Shown here one piece after another: positions 28,379-39,213 of a DNA stretch of 64,000 nt. The position numbers and the translations under genes are program-made. The notes below the pieces were generated by a model that saw nothing but the letters and a program-made list of their open reading frames with translations, was not told where the DNA came from and did no database searches. Origin of the DNA: a virus (Duplodnaviria > Caudoviricetes); IMG/VR virus record IMGVR_UViG_3300008108_003798. One strand, given 5' to 3'. Within the stretch, counting starts at the first letter, position 1; each line of letters begins with the position of its first letter.

Positions 28379-31300
28379 TTATCTACGCTTAAAGTGATAG
28401 TCACCATCGGGGCCATAGTTTGTAAACTGTGCTACCAACTCAAATCCTATGCTGTGCATATATTCAAACACAGTTTCTCTTAGAGGCGCACCTTTATTAT
28501 ATTCAACGCTTTGCAGTTCTAGTATAACATGTTCTACAGTTTCTAACACTTCTGCTGCACCACGCAGTACATCGAGTTCTGCGCCCTGTACATCCATTTT
28601 TAACAGTTCAGGCTCGGGCAACTGTTTTAATCTATGCACTGCATCCAGTGTTACTGTTTGATAAGTGCGCTTGTGTGTTTCATTAAAGTAAAATGCACTG
28701 TTGGCATTGATGTCACTGTTTTCAATATAATAACTGTTGCCGCCAGGGTGCCAATCATTCTGATAGAACTCTACAGTTTTGCCACTCTCATCACTTAGTA
28801 CGCCAACATGATACATCATGTTGTTTTCTTTGTAAAGAAACTCACAACTGGGCATGGCTTCAAATGCTATAACAGTACTGTCTGGCCAAATCTGTTTTGC
28901 TTCGTTGGTCCAATGCAGTACACATGCACCTACATCGTAAATAGTTTTTGGAGTAAATCCTCCATCCTTTAATTGTTGCAAATAATCTACATGCGGTTTT
29001 GGTAACAATCTCTGCGAACTTAGATCTCTCAATCGTAGTTCTATACTGTTGTCTATAGCAGGTATTGAATCGTCTACGGTAAACTCGCCCTGACCTATGT
29101 GTCTACACTTAATAGCAGTGTCGGCGTAGATCTTAAATCCTTTCTTAAGTGCTTTGGCACAGAAGTCTACATCTTCACTAATAGTATTGGCGTGATTCAG
29201 TGCGCTGTGATAAACAAAGTGTGGATAGGGTATTGCTTGAAACACAGACTTTTTAATTAGTACACATCCAAAGCCACAGCCGTTAATGGGCACAAGTCCG
29301 CGGTCTTTGATTTTACCGTAAGGTATGTTGCTAACACCGCCTCGGTCATTGTTTTCGTATATTTCTAAAGTGTGCTGCCCTGGCTTGCGTTGTATGTACA
29401 AGCCGCTGACCATGTCAACGTCATGTGATAAAAATCTTCTCAGTGTGTCTCTTGGTAGTACAATGTCGCTGTCTACACTCAGTAGATAGTCATATCCTTT
29501 GACTACCCAGTCTGCAATTAGATTTCGTATTTGATCTATGTTATAACCATAGAAGTATTGAAACACTGTCTGATAGCCTTCTGGAACGTCCAGATCGTAT
29601 ATACTCTTGAAGGTTTCCGGTTCTATATACTTGGCTGTGGGTATCGCTATCAGGATCTTTTTTTTTTGTTGATTCATGTTGACAATCTCTCTTGCATTTT
29701 TGTTCTGTTCTGTGCTGTTTACTTTGTAATCATTAAGTGGATTAACGTCATTGTAGTTTACCATTATGTCTTGTACTGCCTGTACACTGTTAGGATCAGC
29801 CTGCTCTATCAATGCATAGAATACACTGCCATCGCCACCGGCGCCGTACCATTCGCCCTTGTTATCTTTGAACAGTGTGTCATCTACGCTGTCTATTAGA
29901 CTTTTTCTAAATGTTCTTAGATGTGTATAGGGCAGTATCCAGTTGAAATGGTGTGTTCTATATGCTCGTGTTTCTTTGATGTGCTGTGGATATTCCTGTG
30001 CTATCAAAGGAATGTTGTCTGCTATGCTCCAACAACTGCCATAGGTAAACTCTGCTCCGTCTAGGTATCGATCGTTGTAGTAGTGAAATATGCTGTTGTC
30101 ATTGGTTAAACTGTCATCGCCATCCAGTAGCATGACAATGCTGTCTGTTTCTAAACTTCTAACAGTTTCAATTTGATTTCTCACTGCACCGTAGTGACCA
30201 GTTCTCTTTACAATTTTGAACTTGCTTTGTATATGTTCAGGCAAAGATGCAATAGTCTGTTCTATTACAGCAACGCTTTGATCTGTAGAACAGTCATCAA
30301 TCAGCGTGTGTTCCCAGTTGTCATAGTCCTGTGCAGCAACACTGAGTATGTGATTTTCTAAGTAGTGTTCTGCATTATAGAAAGGACTTACAATCTCTAT
30401 CTTCTGCTGTGGATAACTGGCTGTGTGCGACATTTCACAAGGATTGGTATAGCGTCTTTTCCATATCTTGTGTATGCGTTGATTTATTTTTTGCACTGCT
30501 CTGTATTCATCCACAGGTAGATGCTGTTTTAATTTGTAATAGAAATGCTGTTTCCACTGTAGAGCCACTGTGTCCCAACCTACTACGTCTTTTATTATAT
30601 TACAATAGTTTTGTTTTTGTTGATGTAGATATCGGTCACGATATGCCTGTACAGTTGTAGCAACAAACTTTTCAATCTGTTGTGGCGAGTCGATATTAGG
30701 AAACAGATTGTTTGGCACTACAGAATAATCAATCACGTAGCAGGCTTCGGCTAGTGCTATTTCTTCCAGTGCTCCGAATCTGCAGGTTATCAACGGTGTG
30801 TTGTAGCAGAGGCTTTCCACTGAACTGATACCAAACGTTTCTGGAAACGCACTTGGATAGATCATAAAGCTAGATTTTTGAAGTATGTGTGCAATAGACT
30901 TTTGTGATATGACACCTGTAAACTCTATGTCCAACTGTTGGTTTACAGTATCGTTAGCCATAACATGCCAATCCTGTTCCTGTTGATCAGGAGCACTGCT
31001 TTTGCCAAATCTATAGTATCCGCCTATTATTTTTAGTTTAGCATTGGGCAACTGTTGTTTGACTCTGGGCCAAATTTCTTTAACCAAGGGTACCATGCCT
31101 TTGGTAACACTGGCGTTGTATACAAACAGATCAGGGTCTTTGCTTTTTAGGTCCGTCTGCGTATCGTAGATGTTAACGCCGTTTCTAGTTATAAAAACTT
31201 TGGGTTTAAGCACTTCGAAGTTGCGTCTTGCACCGTGATCACAGTTGGTAATATAGGTTAGATGCCAGTCGCTCAGTGTAAAGATGTCTGTGATTCTGTT

Positions 31301-31729
31301 TTCAGTTGCAAGTTTTTCTATCAGCGAATCTCCTAAACAGAATGTGTCGTGCATCCACAGTATTCTCATTTTGGCTTTGCTGAGTATTCTGTTGTAGAGA
31401 TCAATCTGTTGAAATGGTACTGCTCTGTTGTCTCTCATCTGTGGATAGTCTTTGGGATCGGTGAAAGGTATTACAGTTCTTGAACTGATTACAATATCAA
31501 ATTCCCAGTCTTTGGCTAGATCTCTTGTGGGTCTGTAGACAACGCCGTTGTATGTGCCAGGCTGTGTGTCTTCTGAATCACAGTTGTTGAATACTGTTAC
31601 ACCAAAACCCAGTTTGGCCAGTTGTTCGCTGACGAAAGTAACAGCACTTTCTGAGCCACCCAGTCCTTGTTTGTATACTGTTGTGCCATCATAGGGTATA
31701 CCAATGATGTCTATGATTGCTATCTTCAT
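28379..31729 (-). CDS. multi-domain glycosyltransferase (GT-B, two GT-A/GT2 domains, FkbM-type methyltransferase)
   Basis: GLGGSESAV, YPSAFPETFGISSVE; IVSPFYNA..DDCSTD..LDGDD; IAIPT..VDSD..GCGFGCVL..SEDVDFC; YDVGA..KMDVQGAELDVL. Confidence 0.85.
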   Translation of the reverse strand: MKIAIIDIIGIPYDGTTVYKQGLGGSESAVTFVSEQLAKLGFGVTVFNNCDSEDTQPGTYNGVVYRPTRDLAKDWEFDIVISSRTVIPFTDPKDYPQMRDNRAVPFQQIDLYNRILSKAKMRILWMHDTFCLGDSLIEKLATENRITDIFTLSDWHLTYITNCDHGARRNFEVLKPKVFITRNGVNIYDTQTDLKSKDPDLFVYNASVTKGMVPLVKEIWPRVKQQLPNAKLKIIGGYYRFGKSSAPDQQEQDWHVMANDTVNQQLDIEFTGVISQKSIAHILQKSSFMIYPSAFPETFGISSVESLCYNTPLITCRFGALEEIALAEACYVIDYSVVPNNLFPNIDSPQQIEKFVATTVQAYRDRYLHQQKQNYCNIIKDVVGWDTVALQWKQHFYYKLKQHLPVDEYRAVQKINQRIHKIWKRRYTNPCEMSHTASYPQQKIEIVSPFYNAEHYLENHILSVAAQDYDNWEHTLIDDCSTDQSVAVIEQTIASLPEHIQSKFKIVKRTGHYGAVRNQIETVRSLETDSIVMLLDGDDSLTNDNSIFHYYNDRYLDGAEFTYGSCWSIADNIPLIAQEYPQHIKETRAYRTHHFNWILPYTHLRTFRKSLIDSVDDTLFKDNKGEWYGAGGDGSVFYALIEQADPNSVQAVQDIMVNYNDVNPLNDYKVNSTEQNKNAREIVNMNQQKKKILIAIPTAKYIEPETFKSIYDLDVPEGYQTVFQYFYGYNIDQIRNLIADWVVKGYDYLLSVDSDIVLPRDTLRRFLSHDVDMVSGLYIQRKPGQHTLEIYENNDRGGVSNIPYGKIKDRGLVPINGCGFGCVLIKKSVFQAIPYPHFVYHSALNHANTISEDVDFCAKALKKGFKIYADTAIKCRHIGQGEFTVDDSIPAIDNSIELRLRDLSSQRLLPKPHVDYLQQLKDGGFTPKTIYDVGACVLHWTNEAKQIWPDSTVIAFEAMPSCEFLYKENNMMYHVGVLSDESGKTVEFYQNDWHPGGNSYYIENSDINANSAFYFNETHKRTYQTVTLDAVHRLKQLPEPELLKMDVQGAELDVLRGAAEVLETVEHVILELQSVEYNKGAPLRETVFEYMHSIGFELVAQFTNYGPDGDYHFKRR

Positions 31730-31774
31730 AACTGTAATTATCTAGCATTTTTTAGACAGCCAATTATTACGATT

Positions 31775-32059
31775 TTATCCTGCCCACCTTTCTAAAAACG
31801 TGAGCGGCACCGGAGCAGGTAGGTTAAAATTTGTTATACTTACAAAATCAACTGAAACAAAAACCTTGCCAGATAGTATCGTAGATTCTTCTATTCCACG
31901 GCTAAAAATGTATATGTCGTCTACAGTTAGCAGTGTTATTTCAAGCATGTGAGTAACAACTGATAGATCTATTATGTTAAGATCTGTAAGACTAGTAAAT
32001 GTTAAGTTGCTATCACCGGATAGTTGTTCATACAGTGCCACGATCAGGCCCCTATCCAA
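31775..32059 (-). CDS. hypothetical protein (paralogue of 32044-32307)
   Basis: Shared LTFTS..VIDLS.V..LYIEI pattern. Confidence 0.55.
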   Translation of the reverse strand: MDRGLIVALYEQLSGDSNLTFTSLTDLNIIDLSVVTHMLEITLLTVDDIYIFSRGIEESTILSGKVFVSVDFVSITNFNLPAPVPLTFLERWAG

Positions 32060-32307
32060 TATTGCGGAGCATCAAAATCTAGAATTTCTGTTGTGTTAAA
32101 CGATGTAATACTAACAAAATCTATAGTAAGAAGTTGTCGAACTTCCAACAGCACACTAGAAGATGTTCCTAGATTAAATGTGTATTTTTGGGCCGGAGAT
32201 AATATTTCAATATAAAGTACATTATCAACACTGGTCAAATCAATCACACTCAGCGTTGCTGATGTAAAAGTCAATGATGGAGATTCTGTTAGAGTAATAT
32301 ATGACAC
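32044..32307 (-). CDS. hypothetical protein
   Basis: ORF track. Confidence 0.6.
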   Translation of the reverse strand: MSYITLTESPSLTFTSATLSVIDLTSVDNVLYIEILSPAQKYTFNLGTSSSVLLEVRQLLTIDFVSITSFNTTEILDFDAPQYWIGA

Positions 32308-32311
32308 TGTC

Positions 32312-33373
32312 TTACCTTATTGGGACCCCTATTGTTAATCCAGCAAAGGCAGGCTGTCTACTGGTCCTATCGTGTGTGCAAACAAACTTGTAATATCTAT
32401 TTGCTCCTATATAAAAAGTTTGTCCAGTTTCATGATTCTGTCCACTGAGAATAACCAATCCGTCAACAGTTTGGTATGCGTTTCCTTTGATAGGATTGCC
32501 AATAATAATAGGATATATCGCAGTAGTTTTTTTACCATCAGCATCATATCTATCAAGAAATCCTTGATTGGATAGAGAATATGGATAAAGATTTAAGAAA
32601 TTGGTAGTGTTAGGCGCGGCAGTGCTGTCGCTGTTTAATTGTTGGTTGAAGCTTGACAACTCATTATATGCAGTACCGGATCCACTATCATACTTGTGTA
32701 CATGAACTCTTAAATCGTGCCTAGTCAATGAGGTAGTAGCGTCTCCTAGTCCGGTCAATCCAATCATAGGAATAGATGCAGAAGTAGAAAATTGATGTAT
32801 TGGAAGAGCTGTTCCATTACACACGGCCCAAAAAGTAGCTTGAGTAACATTTCCTATAAACAAATAACCGTTGGCTGCCGACACAATAAATCTGTCCTGA
32901 TAAATACCCCTGACGGAGCTGCTCAGAGTATCGTACCTGGCAGTAATCCCGCCAGTGCTAGTAGTAAAATTATGATTCAACGGCCTTGCAAAGTCAAACC
33001 CTGCAAAAGTTGTTCTGCTTGCTGGATCTTGAAATGCACCCATAAATCCATTATAATAGTTGTTGGCTATGGTTGTAGTCGCATCACCATTATATCTTAA
33101 GGCAAAACCTTTGTGAAAAAATGCTTGATCAGATTTTCCTGTTACAGACTGACTCCACGCCCAGTAATTATTAACAGTACTAAAGGTTCCAACTGTTTCT
33201 CTTCTGGTCCAAGCACCCGGATTTGCATCAGAAAATAATTGATAATAAGATAGGTTAGGTTGTGCTGTTGACAAACTCTCAGCGGTATTGGTCATAGCAT
33301 AATCAATAATGTTAGCAAAGGGAATTAAACCCCGTCCGGAACCAGTGTCAGTAGTCTGAAATTCTATAAACAT
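32312..33373 (-). CDS. putative tail-fibre-associated/receptor-binding protein
   Basis: S/T/N/G-rich, tail cluster context. Confidence 0.55.
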   Translation of the reverse strand: MFIEFQTTDTGSGRGLIPFANIIDYAMTNTAESLSTAQPNLSYYQLFSDANPGAWTRRETVGTFSTVNNYWAWSQSVTGKSDQAFFHKGFALRYNGDATTTIANNYYNGFMGAFQDPASRTTFAGFDFARPLNHNFTTSTGGITARYDTLSSSVRGIYQDRFIVSAANGYLFIGNVTQATFWAVCNGTALPIHQFSTSASIPMIGLTGLGDATTSLTRHDLRVHVHKYDSGSGTAYNELSSFNQQLNSDSTAAPNTTNFLNLYPYSLSNQGFLDRYDADGKKTTAIYPIIIGNPIKGNAYQTVDGLVILSGQNHETGQTFYIGANRYYKFVCTHDRTSRQPAFAGLTIGVPIR

Positions 33374-34464
33374 TATATTCCTCCTATTGTTGTAGGAACC
33401 ATATATGTACCTGCGTTAACACCAGTAGTACCATTGCCGACGTTATGTAATCTTACAAACCTATATTCAACTCCACTTACTGTTGCTGTTTGTCCAGTTT
33501 GACCTGCATTATCTGTGGTTCTCCACAGATAAGGTATTCTACCGTTTAATACAGCACGACTAGAACTTCCAGTGGTTGATATTGGAAATCCAGTGAAATA
33601 ATATACAGGTATCATATAATTTTGTGTGTCTCCAATAGAGTCTCGAGTGGAAAAGAATGCATTGGATATATTAGGATAAAGTTGAGGTAATTCGCTGGAG
33701 GCTGAAATGGCATGGCTGGAGGACGTAAGGTAGGATTTACTATTAAATAGGGTGTCGCCGTTGTAGGCCAGGTTGTGGTAGATTGCTTGGTTGCGGGCTG
33801 CGGTCTCTGTAGTTTGCAGAGTTGCCGAAGATGGCCAACTGTTTCCATGACAAGATATAAGAATCTGTGGAGAATACAAACTATTGAGAGTTCTAGCCCA
33901 AACATCGGATCCTGTTGATTCTACATCAAATAATCCTGCTGTGCCGCCATTGCCACTTGTGTTTAGTACACTCCAAATTACCCAATGTGCAGATATAAAA
34001 AATTGATATTCTACATTGGCTAGAGTGGCACTCATATAATTTGATTCAGTGCCAGCATTAAACCAATAACTGCTAGTGCCCGAGGCGGCGGGCACTTCAT
34101 TTGTACTGTTTGAACTCAGCATTCTAGGTATTCCGTGTGCATAGCCAGCATTTATATTTGATTGATATATTCTAAATAGACTAACAAAATTTGAATTTTG
34201 ACTGTGTTGTTTTGTAAACTGTACATAATTTCCAGCCGATGTGCCGGCAACGCCTTGTCCAGTTACGGTAATACCGGCTGGTAATGATCCTGTTATTGAA
34301 CAATTGTTGATGTCAAACACAGCCGGCGGTAAAGCAGAAGGTAGTGTTGTTCCATTTAATACCCGTGCTATCCATTGTGCAATTGAAGCAGTCACCCCCC
34401 CTGCAGTGAAAGTACCGGTGTTAAAACTATTACCAGCCGATGTGAATTTTATTCTACAATACAT
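33373..34464 (-). CDS. putative tail-fibre-associated/receptor-binding protein
   Basis: S/T/N/G-rich; C-terminal GQTGQT..GVEYRF parallels the neighbouring gene. Confidence 0.55.
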   Translation of the reverse strand: MYCRIKFTSAGNSFNTGTFTAGGVTASIAQWIARVLNGTTLPSALPPAVFDINNCSITGSLPAGITVTGQGVAGTSAGNYVQFTKQHSQNSNFVSLFRIYQSNINAGYAHGIPRMLSSNSTNEVPAASGTSSYWFNAGTESNYMSATLANVEYQFFISAHWVIWSVLNTSGNGGTAGLFDVESTGSDVWARTLNSLYSPQILISCHGNSWPSSATLQTTETAARNQAIYHNLAYNGDTLFNSKSYLTSSSHAISASSELPQLYPNISNAFFSTRDSIGDTQNYMIPVYYFTGFPISTTGSSSRAVLNGRIPYLWRTTDNAGQTGQTATVSGVEYRFVRLHNVGNGTTGVNAGTYMVPTTIGGI

Positions 34465-34733
34465 TACACAATCTCCGAAGGATTAAACCCGTCTTGCAAC
34501 AAGCACTGATCAGATTTAACAACAGGATTTCCATTATGCATTACTAAACAAACTAACTTTCCAGCCGCCTCTGTTGAAAAAATCTGACCATCTCCATCTA
34601 TGTACATGTTGATTGGACCAACTTGATAATTCATTTGATGAAAAACCGAGTAGTTAGATTCTCCTAAAGAATCTAAGTCTACACCAAAAGTATTATTTAA
34701 AAAAGTTTTTTGTTCTTGTGTAAGTGCGGTCAT
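34464..34733 (-). CDS. hypothetical protein
   Basis: ORF track. Confidence 0.6.
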   Translation of the reverse strand: MTALTQEQKTFLNNTFGVDLDSLGESNYSVFHQMNYQVGPINMYIDGDGQIFSTEAAGKLVCLVMHNGNPVVKSDQCLLQDGFNPSEIV

Positions 34734-34746
34734 ATTTTATTCTCCA

Positions 34747-36584
34747 TTATATACTTGTAAATTGATACAAAAATACTACGTTTAATCCCGAGCCTTGTGT
34801 AGTTGATCCTGCTGAACCACTAGTGGTTACATCAACAGTTAGATAATCATCTTCTGCCATACTAAACGCTGTAGTATTTACTGTTTTTAAGGACGCAACA
34901 GGCATAACAAGAGTTCTAGTAGCGACCCCATTCTTTTTTATCACAATTGTTGCTTCTTGATCTGCTGCTACATCTAATCTAAAAGTTATTTGCAAGATAG
35001 TTAATGCTGCTGGAGCATACCATCTTGCAGTGCCTTCCCTAACTACTAACAATCCTTCCTGGGCCAACATTACGCTTCTATTACCATTGGCACCAACACT
35101 GCCAGTAAATCCAGTTGTTCCTGCTGATCCTGTGAAGCCAACTGAACCAGTGAAGCCGACTGAACCAGTGAAACCGACTGAGCCAGTGAAGCCCTGGTCT
35201 CCTTTAGAACCAGTATAACCTGTGTCGCCCTGCGATCCAGTGAAGCCGACACTACCAGTGAAGCCCTGATCTCCTTTAGAACCAGTATAACCTGTGTCGC
35301 CCTGCGATCCAGTGAAGCCGACACTGCCAGTAAATCCAACACTACCAGTGAAGCCTTGGTCGCCTTTAGATCCTGTAAATCCTGTTTCACCTTGACTGCC
35401 ACTAAATCCAACACTGCCAGTAAATCCAACACTGCCTGTAAACCCAGTAACACCTTGACTGCCACTAAATCCAACACTGCCAGTAAACCCAATATCGCCT
35501 TGTGAGCCAGTAAATCCAACACTGCCTGTAAATCCTGTTTCACCTTGACTGCCACTAAATCCAACACTGCCAGTAAACCCAATATCGCCTTGTGAGCCAG
35601 TAAATCCAACACTGCCTGTAAACCCAGTAACACCTTGTGATCCAGTATAACCCGTATCTCCTTGACTACCTGTAAATCCAATAAAACCTTGTGAGCCAGT
35701 AAATCCAATATCACCCTTATCTCCAGTTCTTGCAAACGTGACGATAATATCTTCTAAGTTGTTGAATCCAGTTGCTGTACCAGATACAAATGCCACTGGT
35801 ACTGTAAAGTATGTTGTATTGTTTGTGCTTATGCCAGTTATAGAAAAAATTGCAAAATCATTTGAATCTGCCTTGTTGCTAATTCTAACGTGACCTTTTA
35901 ATTGACTGGTACTGTCATCGATTGTGGTTAAATATGCATCTAAGTTAGCGTTGGCGTCGTCTGTGTTGTGTATGTATAACTGCATTGCAGACACTATTGC
36001 TGCATTGTTGAGTCGCAATTTACCTGCACCAGGATCAGCATTGCTAGTTTCAGAATCAAATGTATAGTCAAAAGTAACACCGCCAAAATTTCCCTGCGGC
36101 CCTTGCGAACCAACAAAGCCGATATCCCCTCGACTGCCAGTAAACCCAATATCACCCTGACTGCCAGTAAATCCAATAACGCCTTGTGATCCAGTAAACC
36201 CAATATCACCCTGACTGCCAGTAAATCCAATAACGCCTTGTGATCCAGTATAAATCCAATAACGCCTTGTGATCCAGTGTACCCAACGTCACCTCGACTG
36301 CCAGTAAATCCAAAACTACCTGTAAACCCAACGTCACCTCGACTGCCAGTAAATCCAATAACGCCTTGTGACCCTGTGTAACCTTTAAACTCTTCAGCAT
36401 AGGTTGTAATGTCAATCCAGGTTCTTGTACCGTCGGTGTCACCTACAAGTATAGACTCATCAACTGTTGGTAGTCCTAGATCCGGTTCTGCATTGGCAAG
36501 ATTAAGAAAACTGCTTCTGTCAGAATCTAGTTCTGAACCTACAAGTTTCTTTACCTTTCCGCTGACTAGTCTGCTTTTACTCAT
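34747..36584 (-). CDS. collagen-like (Gly-X-Y) fibre protein, interrupted by a frameshift near 36250
   Basis: GFTGSQG repeats continue in another frame after GGATTT-AT-ACTGGATCA; joins ORFs 35994-36584 and 34747-36018. Confidence 0.75.
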
Positions 36585-36915
36585 TGCTGGTCTCTAATAT
36601 ACTCAAAACTAAATTTACTGCATTATTTGCACTGACCACTGCTTTTACACTGGCCCCTTCTTCAATAACCAACTTGCCTGTGGTTACTTCTGCTGCATCA
36701 TTGGGTGGAATTGTAAACTCTTTAAGCATGATATAATCAGTATTGTTTTTTCTAAGAGTAAACGTAACAGTTGCATTACTTGCACTTATATTACTGGCTT
36801 GGGCTCCCAACACAATAGTTGTAATGCCACTGGGTGTGGTATAAATAGTTTGTTCTGAAGTTGTCAGCTCAACTGCTCTAGTTTTAAATACGTTTAACGG
36901 TAATGCTGTTGCCAT
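36577..36915 (-). CDS. conserved virion protein
   Basis: IYTTPSGITTIVLGAQASN pattern typical of myophage tail clusters. Confidence 0.65.
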   Translation of the reverse strand: MATALPLNVFKTRAVELTTSEQTIYTTPSGITTIVLGAQASNISASNATVTFTLRKNNTDYIMLKEFTIPPNDAAEVTTGKLVIEEGASVKAVVSANNAVNLVLSILETSNE

Positions 36916-36918
36916 ATC

Positions 36919-39183
36919 TTAATCTCCAATTGCCAGTATGTAGGGTGTCATTACGGCAAACAAACTTTTTGTAAATGTTCTACCACTAATAGTACCTGTG
37001 TTTCTATTAATTACCAAATCATTACCAATTCTAAAATCGCCTTTTTGATCAGTTCCTGTGTAGTAGACTCTACCTCCATTAACTTCAATAACTTGATTTT
37101 CAGTTATAGGAGTACCACCTAGATAGGGCAGTGCAGTATTTACATTAGTTCCAGCACCTATCCATTCAAAAGTGTGTCCACTGCTGGTTATTAAACTGTA
37201 TTGATGGAATGTAACATTTGTATTATCCGAAATTGTATTTACTACAGATTCTTCTAATGTGATTGTGCTAGAATAAGCATTTTCAATTAGATTAATAACT
37301 ACATTAAACAAATTGCCTACTTCTGTTTGTTCAGTACTTGTTGCTGCGGGTAGGCTAGTATTCTGCGAAACTGAGCCATTTAATGGTGTTACTGCTGTAT
37401 TGACTACACAGGATTGTGCCACTGTTTTAATATAATTGTAAGTGTCGCGTGTGATTAAGCGTTGCACACTAGGTATTGTTAAATATCCGCCCGAATAATA
37501 TTCGTCTGCTGCATCTGCTGTTTGACTGTTGCCACCATACAGTACATCGTAGGTAATTGCATCTACAATGAAGTTTATATCTGATCTGCATTTTGTTGAA
37601 TTGTATGTAAGATTAGGTTCAGTTTGTGTAATATAAGCAATACCTTCTTCAATTAAAAAGTTTTTATTAGCCTGTAGTATATTTTTTGCTTTAACTTTGT
37701 TTTGATTGACACTGGTTGGACTTGCATATATAATGCTTGGTGCAACTCCTACACCGTTTTCTAAAATATCAATTATAGTTGTTAGGTTTGTGTTGATACG
37801 TTGATATTCAGGACCTTGTGAACTGTCGCTTGATATTAGATCTAGAACTTGTGTTTTTAGAAAATTTAAACTGGCAACTGTTTCAGTTTTTTGATTTGAG
37901 ATAACGTTGGCGCTGCTGGCTCTATAATAACTTTTTCCTGCCAACACACTTTTATAATTGGTACTAAACATCATATCATCCACAGCCGCGTCAATGATCA
38001 ATCCAACATCTCTACTGCATTTAAATTGATTGAAATCAAAACTGGGATAAGTTTCATTTAAAAAGTCTATAACATCTACTTGTATTTTACTTTTTGCATC
38101 AAGTATGGTTTGTCTAGTGTTTTTTGCATCTGCGGGTTCATTATTAAAGTTTGGGTATGTAATATCTGTATCAGCACTTTTAATTGCAGTTGCAGTTGCC
38201 ACAGTATAATAGTCTTCATCACCTGCAAATTTTACAGCGTCACCTATGTTTGGTTTGGCTAGTAAGTTGTCTAGCGTAAATGTATCTCCCGAAGTTGCCC
38301 CTACTGTTTTAGCAGTATATAGTGATGTACTTACTCCGTCTGCCTTTAGTGCATAGTTACCAAAACTGCTGTTACTGTTGGTCACACTGCAAAAGCCGCC
38401 ACTTTCACATAAAAAACCAATGTCACAGCAGATAGTAAACACAGACACCAACTGTGTATTACCTTGATTCAGCATATGAATGCCTATACCGCCTTGATTA
38501 TACTGTGTAAACGCATCTACCACCATACTTCTTAGGCCGTTTACATGAGCACCATCTACTCTCATACCTGTACCTGTAGTAGTCATGCTGGTGCAGTTTT
38601 GAACATATGGGCTGGTATGAATCACAGTACCTTGTGAACTATCACTCGGAAATGCTACTGCGGCAGCAGGTGCTTCATGATCCTTAAAGGTCATCTGTTC
38701 TAAATAAACACCATTAGTAACCCAAAACAAATCTTCAGTTTTGTTAGCAGGTCTAACGGTAACTGTTCTTAAATTATCGCCTACAATAGCAACACCTTCT
38801 GGAAGTACAATAGGATTGTCTTCTGTGTAGTCACCGCTTTTTACAAATATAGTTGTGCCTGTTGTAGCAATGCTTACTGCACTTTTGATTGTGAGTTTAC
38901 TACTGCTAAGATTTTGTCCGTTATTAGCATCATTGCCGCTTTTACTTACATAGAGAACATTCTGTACAGCAATATTTCCTACACCTGTAGAACCTACCAA
39001 ACCTATACTTCCTGTAAATCCTCTTATACCACCATAGGGCAAACTGTTCCAATTTTGTGTGCCATTGCCAATTTTGAACAATTGAGTATCTGTTTCGAGA
39101 CCCATTTCTGCTTCCGCAAGAATTGGGTTAACACTTGCCCATTCAGATGCTGTACCTCGTCTAAATTGAATTTGTATTGCCAT
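36919..39183 (-). CDS. tail-fibre/baseplate-associated protein
   Basis: IQFRRGTASEW..NPILAEAEMGLETDT N-terminus; LYVSKSGNDAN; KCSRDVGLI repeats. Confidence 0.75.
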   Translation of the reverse strand: MAIQIQFRRGTASEWASVNPILAEAEMGLETDTQLFKIGNGTQNWNSLPYGGIRGFTGSIGLVGSTGVGNIAVQNVLYVSKSGNDANNGQNLSSSKLTIKSAVSIATTGTTIFVKSGDYTEDNPIVLPEGVAIVGDNLRTVTVRPANKTEDLFWVTNGVYLEQMTFKDHEAPAAAVAFPSDSSQGTVIHTSPYVQNCTSMTTTGTGMRVDGAHVNGLRSMVVDAFTQYNQGGIGIHMLNQGNTQLVSVFTICCDIGFLCESGGFCSVTNSNSSFGNYALKADGVSTSLYTAKTVGATSGDTFTLDNLLAKPNIGDAVKFAGDEDYYTVATATAIKSADTDITYPNFNNEPADAKNTRQTILDAKSKIQVDVIDFLNETYPSFDFNQFKCSRDVGLIIDAAVDDMMFSTNYKSVLAGKSYYRASSANVISNQKTETVASLNFLKTQVLDLISSDSSQGPEYQRINTNLTTIIDILENGVGVAPSIIYASPTSVNQNKVKAKNILQANKNFLIEEGIAYITQTEPNLTYNSTKCRSDINFIVDAITYDVLYGGNSQTADAADEYYSGGYLTIPSVQRLITRDTYNYIKTVAQSCVVNTAVTPLNGSVSQNTSLPAATSTEQTEVGNLFNVVINLIENAYSSTITLEESVVNTISDNTNVTFHQYSLITSSGHTFEWIGAGTNVNTALPYLGGTPITENQVIEVNGGRVYYTGTDQKGDFRIGNDLVINRNTGTISGRTFTKSLFAVMTPYILAIGD

Positions 39184-39213
39184 GTTAAAATCTCTGCATA
39201 TTTAATGTATTTA

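Noticed and set aside
36919-39183. Diversity-generating retroelement target (Mtd-like N-terminus)
   Set aside because: No reverse transcriptase or TR/VR repeat pair in the window.
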